Below are positions 14,047 through 26,820 of a stretch of DNA of 64,000 nt, one piece after another. Source of the stretch: Podarcis gaigeae (Eukaryota). Location: the NCBI GenBank assembly GCA_964106915.2, contig OZ066920.1; one strand, 5' to 3'. Both the position numbers and the translations under genes were made by a program. Positions within the stretch are counted from its first letter, which is position 1. Every line of letters starts with the position of its first letter. The notes beneath the pieces were generated by a model. That model did not search any database, was not told where the DNA came from, and saw only the letters and a list, made by a program, of their open reading frames with translations.

Positions 14047-15336
14047 ACCAGCCTCCGTACAGCCAGCTTAAAACCTAACTGAGCCAGGAAAAGGGAGCTG
14101 CTGCTGCTGTATCTCCAGCTCAGCTGGGGATGGGACATAGCTCAGCTGAGCTGGGAAACTGCTTTCTGAGACAGAGATTTCCCAGTGAACCTAAGGTTAG
14201 GATTGTGTGCTATATCTTTGTCCCACCTCTTGAGCCCATGTAGATATGACTCATGTTTCTGTTATATCCATTTTGAAGATATATATTCTTAATTGCATCC
14301 CTTTCCTGATATCTTTGTGGTTTTGCCACCACCTTCTTTTTATATACCAGCCCAGTCTGTCAGAGGAGTGAGTGTGTGAATAATGAGTTGGGGTGGGGTG
14401 GGGTGGGGAAATAGTCTCCTCTCTCTGTGAGATTTCCTAGAAAGTCCGCTCTCTTAACAAAACACTGTTGAGGGGTGTGATATCTCAACTACTTTCATGG
14501 CCACTGTGGTGAGTTTCCCTCAAAGGCAGTGAGGGGGAAAGTGTGAGCTTTTGTTTGAGCCTGCTGTTTGGCTTCACAACGTGGCCAACTTGTTCCAAAA
14601 GGCAGAGGAGGCTGGCCTCTGAAAGATCATATGCCAGAAATTTCTAGTCATCTTTAAAATCAATCTGAACAGGAGCATCATTTAATAATATTGAGAGGCT
14701 CCCACAATTCCTTTATAAAGTAATGTCACTTCCCCCCTCCCCCCCTCTTTTCCTCCCTCAGTCCTGATTGACAAAGAGGGCAGAATCCATTTTCTAACAC
14801 CACAAGATATCCATTACACGGAAACTTTCTTCTGGCGCCAGGAGGTATTTAAAGAGTTTGCTTGCTTATTCCACAGGGGAAAGTGTGCTGAAAGTGAGGG
14901 ATACCTGAGGAAAACGGACCATTTGACAAGCTCAAGAGTGAAGAGGGGGAGCCTCAGCAATTAATAAGGATTCCCTCCTTTCCAAGTTTATTAAACAGGA
15001 AAACTTTAAAGCAGGAATAACAAAAGCAAATTTATCCTGCAAGCAAGTGGGCACACGCTTGGAGCAGGCTAAAAAGCGTGGGCCCAGATCCCCAAGAATA
15101 AAAGTGCAATCTTACTCATGGTTGCTGGAGATGTTAAGACCCCATGCATTTGTAGGTGCCTTAAGACACAATCCTAAAGATGTGTTGGGAAGCCTCATTG
15201 GAAACAGTGGGAATTCCTTCTGAGTAAAACAACATAGAGTAGTTCTGTAACTCAGGTGAGAGTGCATAGGATTGCAGCGTGACAGAGCAATCCTAGGAAC
15301 ACAAGAAGCTGCCAGCTAAATTCTGTCAACACTGAA

Positions 15337-15605
15337 AGGCAGTGTTGTGTAGCAGTTAGAGTATCAGACCAGGATCTGGGAGACTTGCCCTCAAATCCCA
15401 ACTCGGTTATGAAGCTCACTGGCTTTCTTTTGGTTAGTCACCCATTCTTAGCCCAACCTACTTCAGAGGGTTGTTGTGGGAAATAAAGAAGGGGAACAAT
15501 GTACACCACCTTGAGCTCCTTGGAGAAAAAGATGGAATTGTTTTGTTTTGCTGTGAACCACCCTAAGATCTAGGGGGGAAGGGTGATGTACAAATTTAAT
15601 AAATA
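15337..15605 (+). mobile_element. Older Squam3/MIR-like SINE; related relics at ~11930-12110(-), 19680-19840(-), 21880-21990(+), 28900-29075(-), 40450-40630(-)
   Basis: tRNA-like head tgtagcagttagagtatcagac, atgaagctcactgg, agggttgttgtgg core and ccttgagctccttggag tail. Confidence 0.65.
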
Positions 15606-15639
15606 ATGAATAATGAGAATTAAATAAATGAAATAGCAT

Positions 15640-15763
15640 GGATAGGCAGTGGCTCTCTGGGGTTTTAGACAGGGAATATTTACTAGTTCTACCTGAAGAT
15701 GGCAGGAATTGCACCTAGGACCTTTTGCGTGCAGATAGGATGCTCTAGCACTGAGCTACAGCA
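15640..15763 (-). mobile_element. tRNA-Ala-like headed SINE relic; copies at ~16380-16510 and ~22035-22150
   Basis: Minus strand gctgtagctcagtgctagagcat..tgcacgcaaaaggtcctaggtgcaattcctgccatc. Confidence 0.55.
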
Positions 15764-15872
15764 CCTCTCAGACAGTGTATTTTTGGGTTTTTTTTTCAAA
15801 AATGAGGTGTGGATACTTATATATTGATAAAAGTGCTACTGGTGTTGGCACAAAATGGCTACCATGAGCAGC

Positions 15873-15900
15873 AGAGAGAGAGAGAGAGAGAGAGAGAGAG
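15873..15900. repeat. (AG)n microsatellite
   Basis: Direct reading. Confidence 0.95.
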
Positions 15901-15901
15901 C

Positions 15902-16335
15902 GGTACTTTAAACATAAAATCCCAGGAGACATTGTCAAATACTTTCTCTGCATTTAAAAACATTGAGGCTGCTTGTTTTTCATTTCTCATTTGTAAATAT
16001 TCTATTATATCAATTATATTCCTAATATTGTCCTTCTTTTGTCTACTTGGCAAGAAACTGCCCTAATCATGATGGATTACCTCTTTCAATACATTTTAAT
16101 ACAGTTTTCAACTTATTTGCTAATATATCTGCAAAAAGTTTATAATCATTGTTCAACAAAGATATAGGTCGATAATTCTTAACATGCTCTGGATCTCTAT
16201 CTTCTTTAGGGATCAAAGTTATGTATGCACTCTTCCAGGATTCTGGCAGTTCCCCTGTATTTCGAGTCATATTCATAATGTCTTTTAATAGTTGCCTTAG
16301 GTAATCTTGTAACTTCTTATAATATACTGCTGGTC
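15902..16335 (-). mobile_element. L1/Tx1-clade LINE reverse transcriptase fragment
   Basis: WKSAYITLIPKEDRDPEHVKNYRPISLLNNDYKLFADILANKL and, after a frameshift, RNIIDIIEY..FLNAEKVFDNVSWDFMFKV (RT subdomains). Confidence 0.88.
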
Positions 16336-16644
16336 CAACATTCCTACCACAATTCCCACCACTGCCATTATTAAATTGATGGTGCTGCTGACTAAGTTTC
16401 CACTGTCTGAAGGCATCTCTCATGGGTTTTCAGGCAAGAGGTACCTGAAGATGCCAAAGACTAAGCCTAGAACCTTCTGCCCACAAAGCAATGTTCTGTG
16501 ACCCTTCCCCCTGATCTGACCTCACCGTCCTTTCATACAAAATATATATTCCTGATTTCCCTCCTAAGCTTAGTTTCAGTAGTGTAACTTTGGGGACAGG
16601 GCGGGTGAGTTGTTGCTACTGTTACACGATTAGGATTCGCTAAA

Positions 16645-17005
16645 ACCAGTGGACATCTGAGGAGGCTGAATGTTGGAATATTCAGGACAGATAAAAGAAA
16701 ACACATAGCTAAACTTTGGAACTCACACCCACAAGAGGCAGCGATGGCCACCAAGTTGCTTGGCTTTAAAGAAGGATTAGACAAATTCATAGAAGAGAGG
16801 GCTACTGACGGCTACCACTACTATTCTCTGCTTCCACGGTTGGCAGCAATGCTTTGGAATGGCAGTTGCTAGAAATCACAGGCTCTTGAGATCCAATCCT
16901 GCTTCCTGGTTTGCCACAGGCATCTGGTTGGCCACTGTGAAAACTGGAGGCTAGACGAGATGAGTCGTTGATGTGATCCAGACCAGCAGACTCTTCTTAT
17001 GTTGT
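16645..17005 (+). mobile_element. CR1 LINE 3' end; further copies at ~18335-18690(+), 21430-21720(-), 25500-25605(+), 62933-63060(-)
   Basis: ttcaggacagataaaaga..ggctttaaagaaggattagacaaattcat..ctggttggccactgtga..gatcca..ttcttatg, shared between copies. Confidence 0.75.
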
Positions 17006-18989
17006 TAATCGGAAATCACAGTGACATAATCTTCCTTCTGTTTCTTCCTGGCTTAACCTCAGGGCTGCTTTGTCCACTCCAAAATAAGACTGCTCGTGGT
17101 TGAAACCGTGAGAGTCTCATTCTTGTCCCTCCGTTTTCCGATTGCCATTCAGCCCCGAATTCCCTGTATGTGTTTAAAAGACGAATCGTGTTGCTAACCC
17201 AACTCTCGCCTGCACCGTCACGGTGGAAGGAAATGGGGACATTTCAGTGCTGGTCATTTTGCCTTGTCCATGTTATGCCTAGTCGCAAGTAATATAAAAA
17301 TGGTAATCCATCTTGGCTCCCTTGGCAGAAAGGCGTTTTATAAATGCAATAAATAAACAGTTGCCACAGAGTTCATTGAAAGCGCGGAATTGCAGCCCCA
17401 GTTATTCATTTGCCCTGCCCCACACCCTCCCTTGATTGGTTTTCAGAATCCATTGAATTCCCTCGCAAATAAGACGTTTTGCATGAGGATGGGCACAAAA
17501 ACCACGCACGGAAGTTGTGGGAATGTTCTGGGGTGCAGGAGAGGATATATGGACTAATTATATCCTTATCCAACTTGTGCTAACAAGTTCCCAAAATATC
17601 AGCAGAGTTTATAGACATTCCCCTTTAAGTTCGTAACGGTAACGTGTGCACAGGTTCGCTAGAACCTCTATAATAATTACTCTGGTAATTTTTCCTTTTG
17701 TTCCCTCTTAAAATACACGACACAGTCTTTATAAAAGTATAAAAGAGTTAACTCACGTTCTGTTCACATTATGATCCCAGGAGGCAGACAGCTTTAAAAA
17801 AGGTAAAATACAGTACACTCAGAATCTATCTTATAGGCAGATAGTACTGTCCTCTCTTGGCTGAGAGCCAAGAGGGCATCCTTAGATGTTTCCTCATTGA
17901 AGGAAGATGGCAGAGAGAGAGAGGCTGCCTGCCCTGTGCTTTTATCATTTACTTGCACAGGTGAGGCCACACCCACCTCTGGTCACATGCAGAGGAAGTC
18001 CGTCCCAGGAAGTTTACCTGCTTGCTAGACAGACCTCCCTCCCCATGTTCTAACATGTATACTCTAGAAATGTTGTCATTGACTGCTCCTGTGTTTTACA
18101 TCCCACAGAAGTATGAACCCGATCGCCAGTCTGTGGAAGAAAGAGAAGCACAGCTCGCAGTTTGAGAGGGCCATTCACTCCTCGCCTCCGTCTCGAAAAA
18201 TGGTCTTCGCTGCTTGCCAGAAGAACTGGGAAGCTTCCTCTCCTGACTCAACACGCAGACAAAATCATTTGTGTATTTCGATGGTGCTTGTCTTATTCCC
18301 AACAGAACCACAGCAAGCAGATCCCTCTCTTGAACTCAGGACCCACCCAATGGAGCGGAATGTTGGAAGATGCGGGACAGACAGAAAAAAGCCCTTCTTC
18401 AGCCAGAGCATAATTTAAACGATGGCACTCACCCCGACAGGATGAAGGACCGGGGCAAATCTATGGAGATGAAGGCTATAAATGGCTGTGGCTTTGCTCT
18501 CTACCTCCACAGTCGGAGGCAGGAATGCTTCTGAATACCAGCTGCTGGAAACGGCAGGAAGGGCGGGTGGCGTGGAACTGAGGACCAGTTTGCAGGCTTC
18601 CCATGGGTATCTGGTTGGCCACTGTGAGAACCAGGATGCTGGACTAGGTGGATCACTGGCCTGACCCAGCCGAGCTTCTCTTAGGTTCTTTCAAAAGGAT
18701 TAAAACTAAGGATGCTGGTTTGGTGATGGCTAGACCACAACCTCGTGAGATGCAGCTCATCTTGCTCCTCTGACCGAGCTGATATAGGGCGGTGTAGAAA
18801 TTTAATGAATAACATAAAATATACTCAAAATTCAAAAAGTTATTTTTGATTTTTATTATAACAAGTCCATTTCCTTGTTATAGCAGGCGGGATTGCAAAG
18901 GTGGATGGATGGAGGAATAAACAAATGACTATAAACCCCCCCTCAAAGTAAGGATTTGGGAGTAAGCATCATTTTACTCAGTGGAACCT

Positions 18990-19353
18990 AAAGGTAAAGG
19001 TAAAGGTACCCCTGCCCGTACGGGCCAGTCTTGACAGACTCTGGGGTTGTGCGCCCATCTCACTTAAGAGGCCAGGGGCCAGCGCTGTCCGGAGACACTT
19101 CCGGGTCACGTGGCCAGCGTGACATCGCTGCTCTGGCGAGCCAGAGCTGCACACGGAAACGCCGTTTACCTTCCCGCTGGTAAGCGGTCCCTATTTATCT
19201 ACTTGCACCCGGAGGTGCTTTCGAACTGCTAGGTTGGCAGGCGCTGGGACCAAGCAGTGGGAGCGCACCCCACCGTAGGGATTCGAACCGCCGACCTTTC
19301 GATCGGCAAGTCCTAGGCGCTGAGGCTTTAACCCACAGCGCCACCTGCGTCCC
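18990..19353 (-). mobile_element. Sauria SINE, second subfamily, full length
   Basis: Diagnostic cccctgcccgtacgggccagtc and cttaagaggcc segments; inserted into an older palindromic element. Confidence 0.92.
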
Positions 19354-22349
19354 TACTTACGAGTAAACATGTCTAGGACACAGCTATCAGAGGCTACATT
19401 CTGGAGTTTTGTTGTGGGAGGCGAAGCATTTTCGTAGCGAATCTTTCACACGCAAACCCAACAGTAATGTTGGAATACGTGCCTACTCAGAAGTAAGAGC
19501 CGTCGGGTTCAGTGGGACCTCTCCCCAGGCAAGCTGCTCTATGACCGCAGCCCGAAAATGTCTCATTCATCTTTCGCAGTTCTCAATATACATATTTCTC
19601 AAATAATTACAATTAAAATGGATCCCATTGTGTAACGCACAGAGATGCGCACTTCTTCGGAATTGGCTCCTTTTGACGTCGGTGTTTTATCGTCCCTCAC
19701 AACAACCTTGTGAGGTTGGTTAGGCTGAGGTGTAGCGCCTGGACCAAGGTCACCCAAGGAGCTCCGTGGCCGAGTGGAGATTTAAACCCGCGTCTCCCAG
19801 GTCCTTTTCCATGACTCCAACCAGGAAAGCGCACTGGCTCTCGAGCATGCGAGAGAATCGTCCTACCTTATCTCCCCATCTGCAGTCTTGCTACAAGCCA
19901 TCTAGAACTTGCTATTTTAAATGGAAAATATTAAGTGTTTCCTCTCTGTATTCAAATCCCCCGTTCTCTCGCTACCGCTAACCATTCTAAGCATTCCATC
20001 ATTTCCTACCTAGTTCTAGATTACAACAATAATATGAAAAAGCGCCTCCTTTAAAATAATTTCCCTAAAGCTCTTTCCAAGAAATGAAAAATTATATTTC
20101 CCCTTTCAGAGCAAAAGTTTGGCCGCAGCTGCGGCAAACCAAATACCCAAAGAAAAACGATCCATTAATCCACGAGATCTTAATATCGACGGAGGATCGT
20201 ATTCGATTCTCTCACGCTCCTTTCCTGGTCTGCCCGTAGTAGGACAACTTCCCTTGACTCCTCCACCCACTGGCTCCCAGTCACCCCGACGCCTTGCATC
20301 AGGGGCAAAGTAAATCTCCATGGAACTCTCGGGGGTCAGTTCACACGTGCACTCGCATCGCTGGGTAACTGGCATCCGTGTGAATACGGGAAAGCATCGC
20401 GTCTGAGAGCAGGTGCACTACAATGACTTTGTCTCTCGATCTCCACTCGCGCATCTCATTGTTTACACAGTTATGTTATGGTTTTATTCTCCCCGAGAAA
20501 CCATTTTTTGCATGCATTATAAGGAGGAAGCGAAAGTGGCCCTTAGGCAGTAGTGGAGAAATCCAAGAATTTAACGTTGCTGTGATTGGGCAGCTCTCGA
20601 ACAAATGCGGAGTACCGCGGTCCCGTTTATATCTCTGGGATTCGCACGTGCAAGTCGCCACTTCGCGCAGCAGTCCTTCAGCGGTGAGCATTCACGTGTG
20701 AACAAACCACCTAGTGAAATGAAGTAGGTCAACAGTACTTTCACGGGCCATTCTGTTACTTTGGCCTTGCGGTCCTAGAGACATTTAAAAGAGCAATCGT
20801 CATCCGTGTTTAAGCTCTCCAGCTACTTTAACTGGACTTACACTGCCATTGTGGAGAAGCCATTGAATTTGAGAACTCGATGTTTAACGCATCAAGACAC
20901 TAACAAAGAGTTATTCCTGGTCCTGGCAGACACTTTTGCAAGTCATTTCGTGATGGTTGCTGAACTAATTTATTTGCTGTACTAGTAGGAAAAGGATTTC
21001 TGACATCCAAGATGGTGCATCGCCAACAATAAGGAACGCGCTGAGATCTTCAGAGCTTACAGCTCTTGTGTTTTGCTCACTTCGTGGCTTTCATTCTCAC
21101 GAAAGTCCTGAGGTTTGCTGAAAAGTGTTTGGGGCCATTATTAAGGCTTATTACAATGGTCTTAATTGGCACGCCCGCCTTCCCTCCCATCTCCGAAGCC
21201 GTCTTATTTGAAATTAGGCCTCGCTGCATCGCTATAGTCTAAACTGCTTTTACTTGAAAGCTCAGTGAGCTCACTTAGGCAGGCAACAGGATCTTTAAAC
21301 ACGCCTGCTAGCTAACCTAGTAGGATTTATGTCTGGATCTATGTTTTTAGTCTTGCTTGGTTCTTTATCTGTTTGAGTCGCCTTGAGTTCCTTAGGGGGG
21401 AAAGGCGGAGTATAAATATACTATAACATCATCACCAGGACTTCAGATGATGGCCCATCTAGTCTCGCATCCTGTTCTCACAGTGGCCAACCACGTGGCA
21501 ATGGGAAGCCAGCAAGCGGAACTTGAGCACAACAGCACGCTGCGTGATTCCCATAGTGCCTCTCCGACAGAGGAGGCAGAACATAGCCATTTGGGCTAGC
21601 ATTATCCTCCATACATTGGTCTAATTTTATTTTAATTGGTATTCATTGGTATACCAATGTCCTAAATCTTCCAACATTCAGCTTCGTTGGATACCTCTGA
21701 GTTCTAATAATATGCGAGAGGGAGGAAAACCTTTTTCTCTAAATATGTTTATTTGTGTTTATTTCTTGCAGAATTCCATGCACCTCTAATGCAAATAAAT
21801 GTGCACGGGATCGCACCACACTTTCCTCCGAGCTCAGTGCGTGGCTTTTCCATGGCATTTTCCCTTTACTCGTGCAGCAAGGCAGTGTGGTGCAGTGCTT
21901 AGAGTCTCCCGGGGATACCTTGTTTCAAATGCCCACGCAGCCAGGAGGTTCACTGGGTGATCCTGGGCCAGTCGCCAACTCTCAGCTTGGGGATAAATGG
22001 GAGAGGTAGCATCATCGGAGACTGCAAATAAATCCCCCTTCTGGCTCAGTAGTGTGGATGCTAACTGGGAGTGGCTCTCCGGGGTTTCAGATATGGGGAT
22101 GGCAGGACTTGAACCCGGGACCTTTTGCGCGCAAAAAACGTGCGCTCTGTCACTCACCGCCTTGAGCTCCTTGGAGGAAATCAAAATGCTAGGAACCCCA
22201 CAGTGTGCCAATGGATAGGTCTCATCTCTGTAACTCGCTGATAGCAATATTGTATCCAAGACCTTTGAGACTTGAGCTAAACACTAAACTGCAGGTGCTT
22301 ACTGCAGATTTGAGTCTCGGAGTACTGAGGGCTGAAGGGAGAGAGTTCG

Positions 22350-22685
22350 CCTTTAATGAGGCCGGCGCGCTTGAACCCGGTTCACACAGTTCGGTATATG
22401 GTTGCCCGGCCACGCAGGCTTCCGCAGGGGGTCACCCCCCCCCCTCCTTCTGCAGCTGCTGCAACTTTCTATGGATTCTTCATCGAACCAGCCGAAGCAT
22501 GACGTTATTCTCCGTCCCCGGCGAAGGATTTGTTTTGGAACTTGATGCGCTGGCGCTGCTCAAGCGCAGAACAAATGAGGGGCTTGCGGAGATCCGTCAA
22601 GCGACCCCATTCGCTCCTCCTCCTTGTCAGTGGACCAGCTCCTCTCTCGAACTCATTTACCTGCTGAGACCGTCAGTTGATGACG

Positions 22686-22733
<48 letters not shown>

Positions 22734-24160
22734 TTAATAATAATGGCAAACCCAAGTCTCCCCATGCCACTCCGTAGGTAGCCAAAGGAGCACCACGCAC
22801 GCGCACGGGGGGGGGGGAGTCTCTGCAGGGTTGGTTTACACAAGTACTACCAAAATTTAGAGGAGGAGAAAAAGGGAGGGAGGGCCACGTTCTCTAGTAT
22901 TTCAGGCGGCTTGTTAAAGTGGGAAACTGGCGATTCCCTCCGCCTTCAGCTGGGCCAGCATCCAAAGTAGTGCTTTGTCGTGGGAATGCCCTTGAGCATG
23001 TACAGAGTGCCTCGCCGATTACCACCCTCCACATCGAGCCTGAGTGCTTCTGCAATGAAAGCATGGGACGAAGAGAGCGTCATTTCCCAATGAGCTTAAG
23101 CCCCGGAAGGTCTCTCTTTTTTGGGAGGTAGTCTTTAAGGTCCCCTCCACCCGCTCCCGCTCCCGCCTGTGAAGTTCAGCCCACGGAGGGAGAGACAGGC
23201 CTCTCCCAGCGTGGCAAAAGAAGGGTGCAATCGGGCATCGACATTTCCACCACTGTTTAGAAATAGCCAGCACTTTCCTTCCCATTAATCTTTAGTAAGG
23301 AAAGAGTTCAGACTGCACCTGTATAAACAATCCGGAGAAACGGAGAGGCGAAACCTACACATCTAACCTCCGGGATATATATGTGTGTGTGTGTTGATAC
23401 GGCTCTTCCGCGGGTGCTCTTCAGGATCGGGCTTGTGGCACAGCCAGCCAGCCAGCCACCTGCTTGGGAGAAGAAGCCGAGACAGGGCTTAGGAGCCGGT
23501 GTCAGCGCAAGTTCAGCGCCTCCAAGTGCCAAGTTGGACGCCGGGTGCATTTCAGAGCTTCTTCCACCGATATTCTTGGCTTGGGAGAGAGTTGCCCGTG
23601 AAAAGAAAGGGAGGGCAGGCTCCGAATAAAGAACGGCATTTTCTAAGAGCAGGAAGGGGGGTGGGAAGGGGAAACCTCCCTGAGACACTGGGGTTGCAAA
23701 ATCCAGTTAGAAAGCGGCTCCATCGTGGGAAGCGGTGGTGCCAGGAATTGCAAGGCCAGGGAGATGGCGGCGGTGCCAACGCCAGTCTGGTGGGAAGGCG
23801 GATGGAACGAAAAGGTTGCAGATGCAGGAATTCGGGACCCAGATCCCCACCTGCTGTGGCCGTCGGGGGCGGAGGAACACCCACAGCCCCGGCTCCGCTG
23901 CGCCAGGGAACTTTCTTCGCCCGGCCGCAGGGGTGGGTCACGTTGTGAAGATCCTATTCATGTTTGCGCATTCAGAAATTAGGTCCCCCGGGTTTGGGAG
24001 GGGAGTTGATCCAAGAAGTGTGTGGAAGATCGCAGCCTCGGACTTGAAGCGGGAGGCCGTGAGCGGCAGTTCACAAGGGGAGTGGGATTGCCTCTGTGTC
24101 CCGCGGGAACAGAGCCCTGGGGCTGAACGATTCTGAGCCGAAAACGTTTCGGAAGCATTT
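22350..24160. promoter_or_regulatory. Upstream CpG-rich block (second island or shore)
   Basis: Visibly high GC and CpG density; overlapping ORFs in several frames with no recognisable protein. Confidence 0.6.
22686..22744. repeat. (AAT)n microsatellite
   Basis: Direct reading. Confidence 0.95.
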
Positions 24161-25779
24161 TTAAAAAATGCTGTTATAAATTTTCTCCTCCTGTTTTTAG
24201 TCTGCTGGTCGCCTTAAAAATGTGTGTTTATAGATTGGTTTTTCGTTTTAGCATATCACTTTTTAAACAATTGTATATAGCCACTTTGGTGCAGTTATGG
24301 AGACAAAGACGCACTGGAATAAATACAAAACAAGCATTTGATTCGCTGGATCATAACCTCTGAATGCTTGATGCCCTCCAATAAATGATGGTTCCACTCC
24401 ACTTATATGGACTGAAGGAGCTGCTGATTAATTTGAGAAACTAAAAAGTGCAGAGGATGAGTCAAGTTTACCAGACAGTCACACTCCTGTCCTTAAAACA
24501 AGTCCTAGATTGCGTGTGTGGGTGGTTGTATTTACTCGCTGATGCAGCAGGAGCAACCTGCACATGTTCAGTGGAACCCATAATTTTATTATCCTCTGGC
24601 ATATTACAAGGCTGTGTGTCTTCACAGGGCTGAGCTCTGCCAAAGCATTCCTGGTGTGAACGGGCCTTATCTCCAAGTAACGTGAACGACAAGCAAAAGG
24701 CGATAATTGTTTGTGTCGCCGGAGCGTAAATTTCCAAATCGTTTGTAGCCATTTCCCATAACATCGCGATTCTATACGAATTGCTGAACAGTAAATGCAT
24801 TTGTTTTCACTGGGATTCACTTCCAGGCAAAGGGCGATTTCTACATTTTCGTTTTCTACATTCCCTTTCTGCTACAGATAATGGCAAAAATCCTGTGGAT
24901 TTCAGAGGAACTTGGCTGAACATGCATAGCTGAACATGCATAGATTCGTAGGCATTTGACACAAATAAAAGGAGGGTTACTGCCAAGGAAACTGCTCAGG
25001 CTTGGATGGCGTTATAAACAAAAACGAGGGGGGTTGGTAACAAATAAGATAATCAAAATCTGCAGCAGGTACAAAATCGACCATATAATAATCCGTTTGC
25101 CTCAGTGTGCATTAGGTAGCAATTGTGAATGATCGGATCTTTTTTCTTTTTAAAAAATCGGCCTTTGAACACTTAAGAGCTCAGTTCACAATATCCATGA
25201 AATTTGAAAAATATATTTTTTCCGTCCTTAACCAGATCCTACTCATTTATTTTTTTTTTACTATATTATGAAACTTCGCCATTCAGCATAGGCTCGTTTG
25301 GGGCCACTATCTCGATTCTGAACACATTTCTCAGAAGTCTATTTTCACCTTGAGTGGCTGCGCAATTCTATCCATGTCTACTAAGGAGTCCCCTTGTTTT
25401 CACTTAGTGGGGTTAGGGCTGCATCCCGCATTAGGATGCCAGTTAAAGGGCGTGAGACCATCAGCCTAAATCGAAGTCATTTGGCCTTCGAAAGCAATGC
25501 GCTCCAAGGCTTCCCGCAGGCATCAGGTTGGCGACCCCCTTGGGAAGCCATATACTGGTCTGGAAAGGGATTTGGCCTGATTCAGGCAGGGCTCCTCTTC
25601 TTATGGGCCCATTCCATGCCAACTTCATATCCCCTTTGCCTAGCGAGCAGCGCCACCCAACGCCACTCATCTCTCCTAGCGGCGCCCAGTGTAAGCAGCA
25701 CCCAGGGCGCGCAAAAATAAAATAAAAACCCTTCCACAATCTGCAGGACTTTCCTTTGGCAGGATGCTGACTGTCCCTC

Positions 25780-26820
25780 GAGAGTCCCTTATTTGCTGAT
25801 TTTTACTGGCTGGAAATCGCCCCCTCCCACCCCGACGGCAAGGGGAGGAGGAGGAGGAGCAGCAGCAGCAGCAGCACCCCCTGCTCAGGCGGCCAAAGCC
25901 TCCGCGACCCAGACAGGCGCTGTTGAATGGAGCGCAGCGTCGCCCAGGCAGGCAGAACCTCCCAGGTCTAGAGGGGCGGGGGGTGACTCGGAGTCTCCCC
26001 CGCGCGCCGCCACTCGGGCTACGCGAGCGCGAGGTCTCCCCCCGGTTGCCCCACGCAGATGGTACGCCCCGCTGTGGCGCATATCTATCTATCTATCCAT
26101 ATAGCCCTGTCAGGAGACGGTTCCCTCCAAGCCGTCGAGCAGCTTCTCTCGGGGGGGTGGGAAGCGGAGCCTTGGTCGGCGGGCTCCCGCTCGCCGCTCT
26201 GCCTTCCTCCTCCTCCTTCCCGCCCCACTTCGGCGTGTGGGGCTGGGTCATGTCTACGGGCTCCCTGAGTGACGCCGAGGAGCTGCCGGAGATGGATCTG
26301 AGGGGGCTGCAGCTCGACTACCCGGGGCCGCCCCGCTCCAAGCGGCGTCCCCGAGGCGAGCCCTGCCCTTCGGCGGGAAACTCCTCCGCCGCGGAAGAGG
26401 AGGAGGAGGAGGAGGACGACGACGAGGAGGAAGACGCGGAGACGAGCTGTGGCGGCAAGAAGAAGCGAGCCAAGGGAGCGCCCGCGGCGGGAGAAAGCAA
26501 CGGCGGCGGCGGGAAGCGTCCTCCGGCGTCGGGCCGCGGCGGCCCGGGAGCGGCCGAGTGCAAGCAGACGCAGCGCAACGCGGCCAACGCGCGCGAGCGA
26601 GCCCGCATGCGCGTGCTGAGCAAGGCGTTCTCGCGCCTCAAGACCAGCCTGCCCTGGGTGCCCCCGGACACGAAGCTCTCCAAGCTGGACACGCTGCGCC
26701 TGGCCTCCAGCTACATCGCCCACCTCCGGCAGCTGCTGCAGGAAGACCGCTACGAGAAGGGCTACGTGCACCCCGTCAACCTGGTAAGAGCTACTCGCGG
26801 GAAGGCGCCCGCGGAGCAAA
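25780..26820. promoter_or_regulatory. CpG island covering the MSC promoter and exon 1
   Basis: Very GC- and CpG-rich; GC box GGGGCGGGG near 25973-25981; E-box CAGATG at 26056. Confidence 0.85.
26250..26783 (+). CDS. MSC: Musculin (MyoR/ABF-1) bHLH transcription factor, coding exon 1 (178 codons)
   Basis: ATG at 26250 gives MSTGSLSD...; acidic tract; b[74 protein letters not shown]; ends at CTG|GTAAGA donor (phase 0). KTSLPW and RQLLQEDRY are MSC-type (TCF21 has KTTLPW and RQILANDKY). Confidence 0.97.

Noticed and set aside
22205-24136. Cluster of 120-190 aa ORFs
   Set aside because: Stop-poor GC-rich island. The poly-N comes from an (AAT)n microsatellite; no homology or splice structure recognised.
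24916-24945. Short tandem duplications (also ~1235-1295 and ~63967-63998)
   Set aside because: Ordinary slippage duplications; no spacers, so not CRISPR-like, and no functional cue.
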